The position numbers and the translations under genes were made by a program. This document shows, one piece after another, positions 48,142 to 57,938 of a stretch of 58,100 bases of DNA (position 1 is its first letter; each line of letters starts with the position of its first letter). This DNA comes from a virus. Its lineage: Duplodnaviria > Caudoviricetes. The notes beneath the pieces were generated by a model. That model was not told the origin of the DNA. It searched no databases and saw nothing but the letters and a program-made list of their open reading frames with translations. The DNA lies in the IMG/VR virus record IMGVR_UViG_3300043465_000956, positions 1 to 58,100 of that record; one strand, given 5' to 3'.

Positions 48142-49074
48142 GTAATGAATTACTTCTGTAGTAATTTTCACAGTTCCAATTTTTACCCTGCCCAGACTAT
48201 AAACAGAGTCTAGCTTAGCATCAGAAATATAAACCGTTCTGCCGGGGTGGCTACTCACCAAAGTGGGGAAGGTTTTGGCCCCAGATTCAGGAACACCACG
48301 ATAATCCAGCGGAAAATCGCCAGAATCAGCTATCTTGTTGAGGTCATACATTTGGAAAGACCCCTTGGATTGATATGTGACTGCATCAACTAGGGAATCT
48401 CTGGTGTATGAGTCTTCTGCCACACAATGGCAATAGAAGTCGGTTATGACGGTTTGTCCACCCCCCAATTGGAATGGGATGAGTTTTCTGCCAGCTAGTT
48501 CAATCCCAACCAAGGGAAGAACCTGCCGATTTTCGGGCAAAAGCTCATATATGCCACTCTGATTGGCAAAATCCCCATCTGATCTCTCGGACCTCTCCTG
48601 AATTTGCTTGAACCACTCAATTCCTTCGGCGGCAGAGACTGAGATGTACTTGTAGGAATGGGGGCAATCTACTACAGAACTAGCCGCAATGGACGAGTTG
48701 AACCTTACAACACCATTGATGTGATCAATATGATAGGCATAAGTGCCAGTAGTGGCAGGTCCGTAAAAGGTATTGTTCACATAAACACCACTCACTCCGG
48801 GATAAGCTGGGTTGGTCGAGGTCAAAGCTCCAACTCCAGATTCCCAAACAAGATTCGGCCTGAATGTGGCCCACACCTGTCCATCTGTATACCTCGGGTC
48901 ATCCACCAGTCTGAGTCGACTGTCAATTCCCCCATAAAGTCCCGTACTAGGAACCGGCACATCAACAAAATTCCCCATAGTGAGGAAGTTATAGTCTAAA
49001 TACGATATTAGGTTTTCCCTTATGTCGTTGGTCAGGGTAGAATCGCCCAACCTCACAAAGCCTTTTAATGACAT
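48133..49074 (-). CDS. putative tail terminator/completion protein
   Basis: Immediately upstream of the tail tube; LPLVGIE, FQLGGG, RDSLVD. Confidence 0.55.
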   Translation of the reverse strand: MSLKGFVRLGDSTLTNDIRENLISYLDYNFLTMGNFVDVPVPSTGLYGGIDSRLRLVDDPRYTDGQVWATFRPNLVWESGVGALTSTNPAYPGVSGVYVNNTFYGPATTGTYAYHIDHINGVVRFNSSIAASSVVDCPHSYKYISVSAAEGIEWFKQIQERSERSDGDFANQSGIYELLPENRQVLPLVGIELAGRKLIPFQLGGGQTVITDFYCHCVAEDSYTRDSLVDAVTYQSKGSFQMYDLNKIADSGDFPLDYRGVPESGAKTFPTLVSSHPGRTVYISDAKLDSVYSLGRVKIGTVKITTEVIHYGV

Positions 49075-49081
49075 AGGGTCC

Positions 49082-49735
49082 TCACTGTAGATAGCTAAAC
49101 ATTAATTTAGCGATTTCCGGTAAAAGAGAATTCACTGTATTTACTACAAAGTTATCATCTGTGGTTCCGGCAAAAACTGGGTCTACTCTAAATAATCGCC
49201 CAGATGAACCAGCAGGAAGCATAATTGCATTGCCCGACCGACTGCCGGGGAATTCCTTGCCGTAAGCCACGAAGTGGTCGTCATAGATGATTGTGACACC
49301 CTTGGTGAGCAACCAATCCATCCAGTCGATTTCGCCACCGCTGCTTTTGTATGCACCAATTTGCTTGATTGTGTCTGTGAATCCATCTGGGAGAATTGAC
49401 ACGGACATAGACCATGCCAAATTACCCAAACTACCACGCCCCCGAATGTCCAGATTCACTTTTACTGAGCGTTTAACGGCTTCTATAAGGTCTTGCACTG
49501 CGGTATTGGCGGCAGAATCTGTGAGGCCAAAATCGGCCCTTAGTTTGCCAGAGAGGATTTCTCTCGCGTGTGGCGTGGATCTGAGCTTGGTTTCAATCAA
49601 TTGGCCGACTCTGGCGTTGATCTGTGGAGCCGCTGATCGCATCTTTCTGTCGATTTGCTCAACCGCTTCTGCAATAATTTTGGCAGATACTGATTTGGTG
49701 GATTCTGTGATTTGTATTGAGGTTCTTTTGGCCAC
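49082..49735 (-). CDS. putative neck/tail-completion protein (HK97 gp10-like position)
   Basis: Synteny in the head-tail joining block; GKLRA, WMDWLL. Confidence 0.5.
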   Translation of the reverse strand: MAKRTSIQITESTKSVSAKIIAEAVEQIDRKMRSAAPQINARVGQLIETKLRSTPHAREILSGKLRADFGLTDSAANTAVQDLIEAVKRSVKVNLDIRGRGSLGNLAWSMSVSILPDGFTDTIKQIGAYKSSGGEIDWMDWLLTKGVTIIYDDHFVAYGKEFPGSRSGNAIMLPAGSSGRLFRVDPVFAGTTDDNFVVNTVNSLLPEIAKLMFSYLQ

Positions 49736-50178
49736 TATTTCTTCCAGTGTGCTATGCAGTAATCAGTATTCAAACCCCACACAAGAACCTCGCCGCTTCT
49801 CTGAAGTCTAACCTTGTCTATGATTATATAGTCAGCCTTTCTTATGTCCTCAGTTTGGGCAGAAGTCCCAATCGTCATACATGATCCAGCGGCATAATCG
49901 AACCCTCCGACCTTCTCAAAGCTCTTTTTGTCGCTATAGACGCGAAGGGTTATGTCTTGAGTGGTTTCTACTATCTTGGTTGCCTCGCCGCCCCTAACCA
50001 TTCCCGCTTGACCCGCCTGAGGGTTCATTGTGAGCCGTTGTCTGATGTCCGCTGGAGTTGAAGAAATTGGCGAGATCTTTTGGTATACCAACTGGCAGGC
50101 TACACCAAAGTTATCCAAAGAGGAAAACAATGACATAGCTTCAGCATACTTTGTATATACGTTAGATGGTATTTGCAT
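49735..50178 (-). CDS. putative head closure/stopper protein
   Basis: Synteny; beta-rich; ATG at 50178. Confidence 0.5.
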   Translation of the reverse strand: MQIPSNVYTKYAEAMSLFSSLDNFGVACQLVYQKISPISSTPADIRQRLTMNPQAGQAGMVRGGEATKIVETTQDITLRVYSDKKSFEKVGGFDYAAGSCMTIGTSAQTEDIRKADYIIIDKVRLQRSGEVLVWGLNTDYCIAHWKK

Positions 50179-50206
50179 GGCTTCGCCCAATCTAAGCACA
50201 CGAGCA

Positions 50207-50401
50207 TTATGCGAAGTAGTAGCTACCGCTAGGCCCACAATCATCAAATCTAGTGTTTAGAATTCCAGATTGTGAAACAATCACATTGTGTTCAACTCTC
50301 GCATTGACCTTCTGGGTATTGCCCAATTTATCTGCATAAACAGTAGCCGTCCCATTCTTGTACGTTACGCCAGTACCTGCAAATGAAATTACGTCTGCCA
50401 T
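50207..50401 (-). CDS. small virion-associated protein
   Basis: TAATG coupling at 50401; 64 aa. Confidence 0.6.
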   Translation of the reverse strand: MADVISFAGTGVTYKNGTATVYADKLGNTQKVNARVEHNVIVSQSGILNTRFDDCGPSGSYYFA

Positions 50402-50871
50402 TATCGTCTGCTCCAATAAGACCCATAAGGGGATAGGATAGCCTCACCAACATTGTTATTGGTCGTGGCGAAATTTAACTTGGTTCGTTCGTATCTCTCG
50501 CACATATCGGCATAGAGACTCTTAAAGTTGGTGGCCACACCGCCCATGTCCACACTAGAAGGGCCATCACTAACCCTAATAGCCGATAGGCTATGGGTTT
50601 TATACTCGGCCCCAATAATGATGCAGGCTGCTTTTAAAGAGACCAGATTTATGAACCCGTCATCTTTACTGGAAGAGTCTGTTGGGTCTGGCGATAGGGA
50701 GCATGTCTCCACATTGATCGTGTAAACCTGCTCAAAATCGATCTCTGTAGAAACAAGTTGTGCAGCGACCAAGATAGTCTGTTCAATTCTCTCATCAGGG
50801 TATGAAGGATTAGAGATATCGGTATCGTTGACAAGATACCTAACTATCGTAGAGATTTCAGTATTCCACAT
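50401..50871 (-). CDS. putative head-tail adaptor (connector) protein
   Basis: VRYLVND...YPDERIEQ, AACII, VSDGPSSVD pattern typical of gp15/gp6-like adaptors. Confidence 0.6.
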   Translation of the reverse strand: MWNTEISTIVRYLVNDTDISNPSYPDERIEQTILVAAQLVSTEIDFEQVYTINVETCSLSPDPTDSSSKDDGFINLVSLKAACIIIGAEYKTHSLSAIRVSDGPSSVDMGGVATNFKSLYADMCERYERTKLNFATTNNNVGEAILSPYGSYWSRR

Positions 50872-50879
50872 GGTGCCCC

Positions 50880-51209
50880 CTAGTCAGATATGTTGTGCAT
50901 TACTTTGAATGATTTAATTGGGCTATGGTATAAACTACCAATTCCTAATTCAACCCTAGCTTGTATCTTCCAGACGCCAACTTCATCAATATCTCCGACA
51001 AGTGTACTATAGTAAATACGCCCATTGGTCCCATCCGTTGTGAATGTAGCGGTCTTTGTGAGAATCGCCCCACTGGGTTTTTGTAGTAGAATTTGTTTTA
51101 CGGTCGCTGCCGATATGTCTAGGGCGATACAATCTTCAGTGATGATAACATCGAATGTGAAGTTTTTGTCGCCTACATGTAGATAAGATTCGCAAGACAT
51201 GTTACTCAC
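50880..51209 (-). CDS. BppU N-terminal-like virion protein
   Basis: GD..F, LDISAAT, KPSG, DGTNGRIYY, DIDEVGVWKIQ, SFKV. Confidence 0.65.
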   Translation of the reverse strand: MSNMSCESYLHVGDKNFTFDVIITEDCIALDISAATVKQILLQKPSGAILTKTATFTTDGTNGRIYYSTLVGDIDEVGVWKIQARVELGIGSLYHSPIKSFKVMHNISD

Positions 51210-52314
51210 CTATTATAAGATTTCTGTTTATATTCAAATCGAACGTTTCGTGTTTTGATATGTCCATATTGAAAGTTTCGTGTTTTGATATATTTAGGTC
51301 GAATGCCTCGTGCCTTGATATGTTCAGGTCGAAACCGTATTGTCTGGCGATATTGAGAAGGAACTCTAGATTCTTTTTACCTTCCCCAAAAACGACAACA
51401 AATTCTGCTCCATTTGACGTTAAAAGGAATGATCCACGGTCGCTAGACAATAACCTGTTGTACAGAAGTCCAGCATCTTTCCCAGAAACAATAAACGACT
51501 CAGTATCTCCAGTTAATACTCTATTTGCCAATAGGTCGGCAGATTGCCCAGTTAATACTATAGAGCCACTATCCAGATTAAGTATTCTATCGTATTTAAA
51601 AGACAACGATTGTCCGGATGAAACAAAGATCCCATAATCAGAATTCAGAACTAAAGACTTGAGCAGACTAGCGTTACTACCGTTTAAACTTAGACTTGCA
51701 GAATTAACAACGAGAATATTTGTCTTAAGTAACGATGCATCAAATCCAAGTAGTGAATATGATGATGATCCAGCCTGTATTGAAGATCCTTTGTACAAGC
51801 CGCCATCTTGACCAGACAAAAGAAAACTAGAGAAGTCACCAGTCATTTTTCTAGCAGATAGAAGACCAGCATCACTACCTGATAAAATGAACTGGGAATA
51901 GTCAGACGTTAGATACTTATTATGATATGGATTGGCACCCTGTCCAGTCAGGTTAAAAGCTGCAAAATCACCAGTAACTTTTCTTGCAGCAGCAACTCCA
52001 GCATCGCTACCTGATAAAATGAACTGAGAATAATCAGATGTTAGATACTTATTGTGATAAAGATTGGCACTCTGTGCAGTCAGGTCAAAAGCTGCAAAAT
52101 CACTAGTAATCAACTTCTTATATAGAAGTGCGGCATCTTGACCAGCAACAAGATATGTGGCTCCGTCAGCAACGAAAACAAATCCCACAGCTTCAAAGCC
52201 CGGATAGCCTACGTGCCTAGCAAAGGGTGTTCGCCAGCCCAATACAACTGACGACTTATTTAAGTTGCCAGATCTGCGACCGAAGCTACCCAATGAATGT
52301 CTTGTTATTGCCAT
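51202..52314 (-). CDS. repeat-rich virion protein (22-aa solenoid repeats)
   Basis: 22-aa periodic units (xxDxxxFxLxGxxAxLxxxxxL) including a 44-aa duplication; C-terminal 10-aa repeats. Confidence 0.7.
   Translation of the reverse strand: MAITRHSLGSFGRRSGNLNKSSVVLGWRTPFARHVGYPGFEAVGFVFVADGATYLVAGQDAALLYKKLITSDFAAFDLTAQSANLYHNKYLTSDYSQFILSGSDAGVAAARKVTGDFAAFNLTGQGANPYHNKYLTSDYSQFILSGSDAGLLSARKMTGDFSSFLLSGQDGGLYKGSSIQAGSSSYSLLGFDASLLKTNILVVNSASLSLNGSNASLLKSLVLNSDYGIFVSSGQSLSFKYDRILNLDSGSIVLTGQSADLLANRVLTGDTESFIVSGKDAGLLYNRLLSSDRGSFLLTSNGAEFVVVFGEGKKNLEFLLNIARQYGFDLNISRHEAFDLNISKHETFNMDISKHETFDLNINRNLIIGE
51230..51363 (-). repeat. 30-nt in-frame tandem repeat (FDLNISKHET)
   Basis: About 4 degenerate copies, e.g. 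GTTTCGTGTTTTGATA twice at 30-nt spacing. Confidence 0.75.
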
Positions 52315-52315
52315 A

Positions 52316-52849
52316 TTATTGAATCACAAATATATCGCCAGATGCTGGTGCAGTCGTTAATGAAGACGCTGTCAAAACTCCGCCAGATGTTGATGCGGTT
52401 ATTTCACAGCCCTGTCCTCTTAAATTCGCCGTAGCTGTATCATCTGTAAACTTAAGTATTAATCCTTTAAACTGATCTGCCACAGAAGCCGCTGGCAGTA
52501 GACTACTAGTAACTACAGATGTCGTTGTAGATCCAACGCCAACTACGCCAAGTACAGCAGTCTTTAAAGCTTGTAACAACTTATAGTTGGGGTTGTCATA
52601 GACTTGAAAGGTCATAGTACTCAGGATGAGATTGACCCACCAAGAACATACTGGAGAACCACCAGAAAGACCTATCAACATATATTCCCCGACAGGGATG
52701 TCGGTATAGGCTGCGAGATAAGTTCCCTTTCTGTTTGTCGCTTCAGTCGCGGAGACACTGGCTACCTCAGTGTCAGATCCCGCAGCAAACAATTTGGCAG
52801 TGAGTGTTAGCCCGGTAGCAGCCCTAAATTCAATTGTTTGTGTTGCCAT
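52316..52849 (-). CDS. virion/fibre-associated protein
   Basis: Ala/Thr-rich; ADQFKG...TTAPASGDIFVI ending common in phage fibre modules. Confidence 0.65.
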   Translation of the reverse strand: MATQTIEFRAATGLTLTAKLFAAGSDTEVASVSATEATNRKGTYLAAYTDIPVGEYMLIGLSGGSPVCSWWVNLILSTMTFQVYDNPNYKLLQALKTAVLGVVGVGSTTTSVVTSSLLPAASVADQFKGLILKFTDDTATANLRGQGCEITASTSGGVLTASSLTTAPASGDIFVIQ

Positions 52850-53001
52850 TAGTTACCTTCTACTTCCTTCATCAATGCCTGCACTTTGACAGCTACAGGA
52901 ACAATGGTTCCGCTTGCCTCTAGGGCATTTTGCTGATTTTTCAGCAGAAAGTTTAAAGCTTCAAGTACTAGAGTAAGTTCTTGTTTTGTAAATTCGTCCA
53001 T
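52849..53001 (-). CDS. small hypothetical protein (50 aa, below the ORF-track cutoff)
   Basis: SD AGGAG, ATG 53001, MDEFTKQELTLVLEALNFLLK...EGN*, TAATG-coupled to the next gene. Confidence 0.7.
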   Translation of the reverse strand: MDEFTKQELTLVLEALNFLLKNQQNALEASGTIVPVAVKVQALMKEVEGN

Positions 53002-53021
53002 AATATTCTCCTAGATAAAAA

Positions 53022-53405
53022 TTATTCTGGGACAGGCTCGACAGAAGCCTGCCACTCTTGTTTTAGGTCTAAAATGACTAGACCATTCTCTCCAATATTA
53101 TACTCAAAAGCAGCAGTAGAATACTTAGATTCTATAGAATCTGGGTATGTCCCAGCAATATAACTGCAGAACTGAGCCGCGTCAGTAAGGATATCAACAA
53201 CAGTAGTTGGCATAACGTCAATTATAGCCTGCATTTCTGATACTGTGTATCGACTCCCTGTGGGAGGGCTAGAAACCCCCCAAAAGTCATGAAATGATTC
53301 CTTGAACTGTGTCAGGATCATTTCTTGCAACTGATTGGCCCGAAGGGCCTTGTTCTTGGCGTGCTCTATTGCGTCGAATGTTTTTAATGGAATTTCATAT
53401 GCCAT
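53022..53405 (-). CDS. hypothetical protein (possible fibre chaperone)
   Basis: SD TAGGAG; downstream of fibre genes. Confidence 0.7.
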   Translation of the reverse strand: MAYEIPLKTFDAIEHAKNKALRANQLQEMILTQFKESFHDFWGVSSPPTGSRYTVSEMQAIIDVMPTTVVDILTDAAQFCSYIAGTYPDSIESKYSTAAFEYNIGENGLVILDLKQEWQASVEPVPE

Positions 53406-53414
53406 TTATAACTC

Positions 53415-53612
53415 CTAATACCAAAAATGTGATGGAACGACTGGTGCCCTATTATATACTGGACCACGATATCTTTTAATAGTTTCAAGAGATACTCTCT
53501 CATGAACAGCATTTTCTACTTGAATTTTATTCATCCAATAATCATGAGATGAAAATAAAGCTATGTACCTAGCAAGGAATATAACTCCTATTAAGTATAG
53601 GGTTGACTTCAT
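53415..53612 (-). CDS. small protein with N-terminal hydrophobic helix
   Basis: ATG 53612 just after the upstream stop; MKSTLYLIGVIFLARYIALF; AT-rich. Confidence 0.5.
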   Translation of the reverse strand: MKSTLYLIGVIFLARYIALFSSHDYWMNKIQVENAVHERVSLETIKRYRGPVYNRAPVVPSHFWY

Positions 53613-53616
53613 ACGC

Positions 53617-54237
53617 TTAAAATGCGTTGAAAAAGAATTTTGCCCCGGTCGATCCCGCAGGCGAAGTATATGCAAAATCGACTAGACCCGCCGCACCATC
53701 ACCCCCATTGAATGTTTTTGAACCGCCACCGCCGCCGCCACCTGCAAAAGTCCCATTAGTGTTAGCGGCACCGCCAGCACCGGCAAAAGGAGCCGACCCA
53801 CCGGCACCACCAGTATTACCGATTCTCCCGGCACCGGTCCCACCAGTCGTATTGGTAGTCCCACCAGATGCCGTCCCGCCCGCAGTTGTCGCAGCGCTTA
53901 GATGTATTCCCCTGGCACCACCATTCGCAGTATATGTGCCCCCTGCAACAGTACTCGCACCCCCAGCAGTGCCATCCGTTCCGTCATCGCCCCCAACTGC
54001 CACGCCTTTTGCACCACCGGCACCAACAACATACGCAATCGTATTTCCCGGCGTAACAGTCAGTGCCAACTTCTGGCAAAATCCACCACCTCCACCACCG
54101 CTCGCACCCTGACCGCCTCCCGCATCACCACCACCGCCGCCACCGCCGCCACCGCCCCACAAACTGATATTAACAGACGTAACACCAGCCGGGACCGTCC
54201 AGTTTCCTGACCCTGAACTATAGCTATCGGTCGGCAT
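53617..54237 (-). CDS. glycine-rich tail-fibre-associated protein
   Basis: SGNWTVPAGVTSVNISLWGGGGGGG...GGGGG...GDGAAGLV is the common phage glycine-rich domain. Confidence 0.8.
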   Translation of the reverse strand: MPTDSYSSGSGNWTVPAGVTSVNISLWGGGGGGGGGGDAGGGQGASGGGGGGFCQKLALTVTPGNTIAYVVGAGGAKGVAVGGDDGTDGTAGGASTVAGGTYTANGGARGIHLSAATTAGGTASGGTTNTTGGTGAGRIGNTGGAGGSAPFAGAGGAANTNGTFAGGGGGGGSKTFNGGDGAAGLVDFAYTSPAGSTGAKFFFNAF

Positions 54238-54238
54238 A

Positions 54239-57200
54239 TCAAGTCCCTACATCTGTTGCTGCGAGATACATGATTGAACCATCCCAACGCCACGACACAA
54301 CCCTGAGATTAGTAGCGGCATCACCAACCCAGTTGGGTTCAGTGCCCATCCACTTTATCGTTCCGCCCGTGACTGCCCAAGTCGTAATGTCCTTGGACGC
54401 GCTGGCGTGTTGTTTAACGATCAAGGTGCCCGCAGAAGATCCCGTTGGCGGAGTGAACGTCACTTGTGAAGTGCCCAACGAAGCCAGTGAAGTTAGGGAC
54501 AGCGTCTGATGGTTGTTTAAGGTTAAGTCAATTGTCACCGCACCAGCAGCCGGTGTGCTCGTAGTCTCCGTGGTCTGATAAATCGTTTTAGTTGTTTTAA
54601 CCCCCGCCGTCGCTGTAAGCAATCCGGTGGCGGTAGAAGTACTCGACAGAGTCACCGCATCCGAGAACGTGAAGCCAGCAGAAGCACCGACTGCATCGAA
54701 GGTAATAGCCCCAGCAGAAGACACGGTGGTCGTATAGTAGTTACTCACATCGTAGCCCACTCGCAACTGTTCCGTCGTGCCGATGACGTGAGCAAATGCT
54801 GATATCGTTGTCCCCGTTCCGATGCCCAGCTTTCCGGCAGAGGTTAGCCGCATCTTTTCTGATGGAGATCCCGTCGATACATCCAGCCCCCAGACAAATG
54901 CAGTAGCGGCGGTCGTTGATTCTGCGTAAGCCCCAAACACACCCCTGACACCAACCGCTGTAGGAGAAGCGTCAGAAGAGTAGAACTCAATTTCTCCAAG
55001 AGGCTGATTTGCTAACACTGAATTATCTGTGTCGGTGAACCGCAATCTGTTTGTTGCTGTGCCAAGTCCAGTCGCCGCAGTATTTGTCCCCACCAACTGA
55101 AGGAGTCCATCTGTTGATACGACACTCCCGAGTGTAAGGGAGCCGTCAGATTGTAGCCTCATTCTGTTTGCGACGGTTTTTGTCAGGTCTGTGGCATCTG
55201 TAGTTGCCCACGTCCATTGAGTACCGTTCGACGTAGCTGTCCATGCGGCTGGGACTGTGCAAGTATAGTTCGCTTTGACGCCAGTGAACGCGGTCGCATT
55301 TTCATCATAACCGTATCCGTACATCCCAAGAAGCACGTCGCCTGATGCCGGGTAGAAAGGAGCCGCCGCTGTCCCTCTTGCACGTTGGCAAAGAAACTGA
55401 ACTCCATTTCCGGTAGTGTCATTGTAACACTTATACGTTTGGGAGAGTGCTGCCTCTACCTGATAGACAAGTGTAGAAGTAAATGTTTTAGTCCCAGCAA
55501 TCGTCTGCGTGCCTGTGCTTAGCAACCCCCTCGCCGTAGCTGACGCAGTGGGAATACTAAACGTGTGAGTTGTGCCGGTGCTCGTAATATCAAAGTCAGT
55601 ACCAGTTGATGCAACTGCAAATGTTTGGTTGCTGGATAAGGCGAGTGCGTTCAGAGTTCTTGTGAGAGGGACATAGGTTGAAGTTGCCGTTGCTGAAGTC
55701 AGATACGAGGAAAGGTCTTGATCCCCGGTGTTCGTTCCTGAGAGATTAGACCCAGCGATTGCTCCAACGACAGTCAGATTTCCATTACTCTGTAATGTCA
55801 TCCGATCAACCCATGTACCAGCAGAGTTCCAGTGACCAGTAAGATATGATCTAGTTGCTGTGCCTCCGGCTGAGCCGACCTCCAGCCCCATCTTAACGTC
55901 AGTGGTCGTAGGCTTGATTGAGTACCGTTCGAAATTAGTAGAAGATACCTCATTGGTATAGACATTAAGAACTATAGCACCTGCACTATTCTGACAATTG
56001 ATTGAGGTTCCGTAAAGATACGCCTGATTACCGACGTGAGACAAAACGCCGCCCGAAGCATTTGTCAGATAGAAGGTGTTGTTCACCGTCATATCAGACT
56101 GGCCAAGCTGGGTTGTCAGCGACATTCCTACTGTCGCACCCTCATACAGTCTTAGTAAAGAGCCAGCAGCCGAGGTGCCATGAATAAATACTTCACCACC
56201 ACCAGAAGAAGAACTACCTACTTCAAGGTCTCCCCCGTTATTTGCCGCCCCGGCAATCCTCATCGCAGAATTGGAAGTGACTACTCCTGTGAAAGCCCCA
56301 CCCGCAAGAGGCATATAAGTAGATGTGGCCGTTGCTGGAGTAAGGTAAGTAGAGGCGGCTGTAGCCGAGGTCAAGTACGAGGAAAGGTCTTGATCCCCGC
56401 TATTAGTCCCAGTGAGACCCAAATCAGTTTTGAGGGTCGCAAGTGTCTGAACTTCTGGGGCACCACTCAGAGCCGTCTTTCTATAGATGAGAGAACCCGT
56501 AGCCATATTCGCCATATCAGCAAGAGCGACTGCACCGGCTGCTATCGTTACCGCGAATGAACCTGTACCGGACCCGGTAACGTCCCCGGTGAGTGTAATT
56601 GTCTGATCACCGGAGTTCGTGCCCGTCAGTCCGAGATCAGTCTTCAACGTGGCAAGAGTCTGAACTTCTGGAACACCTGTCGCAGCGGTTTTGCGATAAA
56701 ATACTGTTCCAGTTGCCACATTCGCCATCTTGGCTAGAGTGACAGCCGCCGTCGTAATTGTCGCAGCATTCCCAACCGAAGTTACTTCTCCGGTCAAATT
56801 AGCATTCGTTGTCACATTACCAGCGGTTAGCCCTGAAGCAGTCCCAGTAAGGTTTGTAGCTACTCCACTCGATGGAGTTCCCAAGGCTCCACCATTTACA
56901 ATGATCGCCCCTGCTGAGCCTACAGCAATAGGAAGAGCAGCATAGACTCCAGAACCCATTCCGGTAATAGAGCCAACTGCGGGTGTGATCGTTATTGCGG
57001 AAGCGGCTGTAATCAGACCTTTCGCGTTGACCGTGACCTGTGATGCCTGAGTAGCTGAGCCGTATGTTCCGACATTGGAATTCACTGTTGCAAGCGTTAG
57101 TGCTGTAGCTCCAGTTGCATCACCGGTGTGCGTAGCATTCGTTACAAGGCCCGAATAAAGAGAGTTAACTGCATTATCGCCAGTATTGGTATTAGACAAA

Positions 57201-57427
57201 TTACTAGCTGAGATAGCCCCTGAAAAAGTCTTCGCCCCAGCGATAGTTTGAGTTCCAGTAGTAATCAGACCGCGAGCGGTCGCAGAGGCATCTGGAATAC
57301 TAAGTGTATGTACGCTACCAGAACTAGCAACTGAAAAGTCCGTACCGCTACTCGCAACCGCAAAAGTTTGGGCTTCACCAGTTAATCCATTTAGGGTCCT
57401 AGGACCACCATAATATTCAATACCCAT
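54239..57427 (-). CDS. long tail fibre protein with internal duplications
   Basis: Thr/Ala/Gly-rich; duplicated blocks ASATARGL.TGTQTIAG.KTF, EVQTLATLKTDLGLTGTNSGDQ and GDQDLSSYLTSATA; EKMRLTSAGKLGIGT fibre motif. Confidence 0.85.
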   Translation of the reverse strand: MGIEYYGGPRTLNGLTGEAQTFAVASSGTDFSVASSGSVHTLSIPDASATARGLITTGTQTIAGAKTFSGAISASNLSNTNTGDNAVNSLYSGLVTNATHTGDATGATALTLATVNSNVGTYGSATQASQVTVNAKGLITAASAITITPAVGSITGMGSGVYAALPIAVGSAGAIIVNGGALGTPSSGVATNLTGTASGLTAGNVTTNANLTGEVTSVGNAATITTAAVTLAKMANVATGTVFYRKTAATGVPEVQTLATLKTDLGLTGTNSGDQTITLTGDVTGSGTGSFAVTIAAGAVALADMANMATGSLIYRKTALSGAPEVQTLATLKTDLGLTGTNSGDQDLSSYLTSATAASTYLTPATATSTYMPLAGGAFTGVVTSNSAMRIAGAANNGGDLEVGSSSSGGGEVFIHGTSAAGSLLRLYEGATVGMSLTTQLGQSDMTVNNTFYLTNASGGVLSHVGNQAYLYGTSINCQNSAGAIVLNVYTNEVSSTNFERYSIKPTTTDVKMGLEVGSAGGTATRSYLTGHWNSAGTWVDRMTLQSNGNLTVVGAIAGSNLSGTNTGDQDLSSYLTSATATSTYVPLTRTLNALALSSNQTFAVASTGTDFDITSTGTTHTFSIPTASATARGLLSTGTQTIAGTKTFTSTLVYQVEAALSQTYKCYNDTTGNGVQFLCQRARGTAAAPFYPASGDVLLGMYGYGYDENATAFTGVKANYTCTVPAAWTATSNGTQWTWATTDATDLTKTVANRMRLQSDGSLTLGSVVSTDGLLQLVGTNTAATGLGTATNRLRFTDTDNSVLANQPLGEIEFYSSDASPTAVGVRGVFGAYAESTTAATAFVWGLDVSTGSPSEKMRLTSAGKLGIGTGTTISAFAHVIGTTEQLRVGYDVSNYYTTTVSSAGAITFDAVGASAGFTFSDAVTLSSTSTATGLLTATAGVKTTKTIYQTTETTSTPAAGAVTIDLTLNNHQTLSLTSLASLGTSQVTFTPPTGSSAGTLIVKQHASASKDITTWAVTGGTIKWMGTEPNWVGDAATNLRVVSWRWDGSIMYLAATDVGT

Positions 57428-57479
57428 TTATGCCTCCCACGAGCCGGATGCGAGTGTGCGATTAAAGGTCAGGATGACC

Positions 57480-57899
57480 TTATTGAACGGTCAGGATGCC
57501 GTTAGTAGGATCTAAGTCAACAGTCAGGGTTTCACCCGTTAATAGCGTAATCGAAGATCCATAATCCCACCATCCGATCAACTCATCATTTGTGGCAGTG
57601 TCATTATAAAGAGCGGCATATCTGAATGGTCCGATAGAACCACCAGCAGCAGTGAACACTACATCATCACCAATCAGCTTATACAGACCTGCGGTCTGAG
57701 CAGAAGTAGTGATAGTCACAGCCGTACCACCAGCAGTATAGCCATTGCCCGCTGAAATATCTGTAAGGTTAGCCTTAACTGTATTAGATGCTATTGGAGC
57801 AGAGTTAGTGAGCATGATCTTGAGAACATCTGCCCCGAGGTCGTGCTTTTTTTCGCTTAATGCTTCTACAAATGCAGAAATTTTGTTAAAAGTGGCCAT
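57480..57899 (-). CDS. conserved small virion structural protein
   Basis: HDLGADVLKIML, NGYTAGG, GPFRYAALYN, LIGWWDYG; SD AGGAG. Confidence 0.75.
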   Translation of the reverse strand: MATFNKISAFVEALSEKKHDLGADVLKIMLTNSAPIASNTVKANLTDISAGNGYTAGGTAVTITTSAQTAGLYKLIGDDVVFTAAGGSIGPFRYAALYNDTATNDELIGWWDYGSSITLLTGETLTVDLDPTNGILTVQ

Positions 57900-57938
57900 A
57901 ATTATTTCTCCTAATTGAATTTGTTTTAATTGACTTAC

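Noticed and set aside
51230-51363. 30-nt periodic repeats as a CRISPR array
   Set aside because: Tandem with no unique spacers, degenerate at codon level and in frame within a protein.
57465-57498. GGTCAGGATG direct repeat and AAGGTCA/TGACCTT hairpin as a recombination site
   Set aside because: Only 10 nt, no recombinase in the window; more simply a small hairpin at a gene end.
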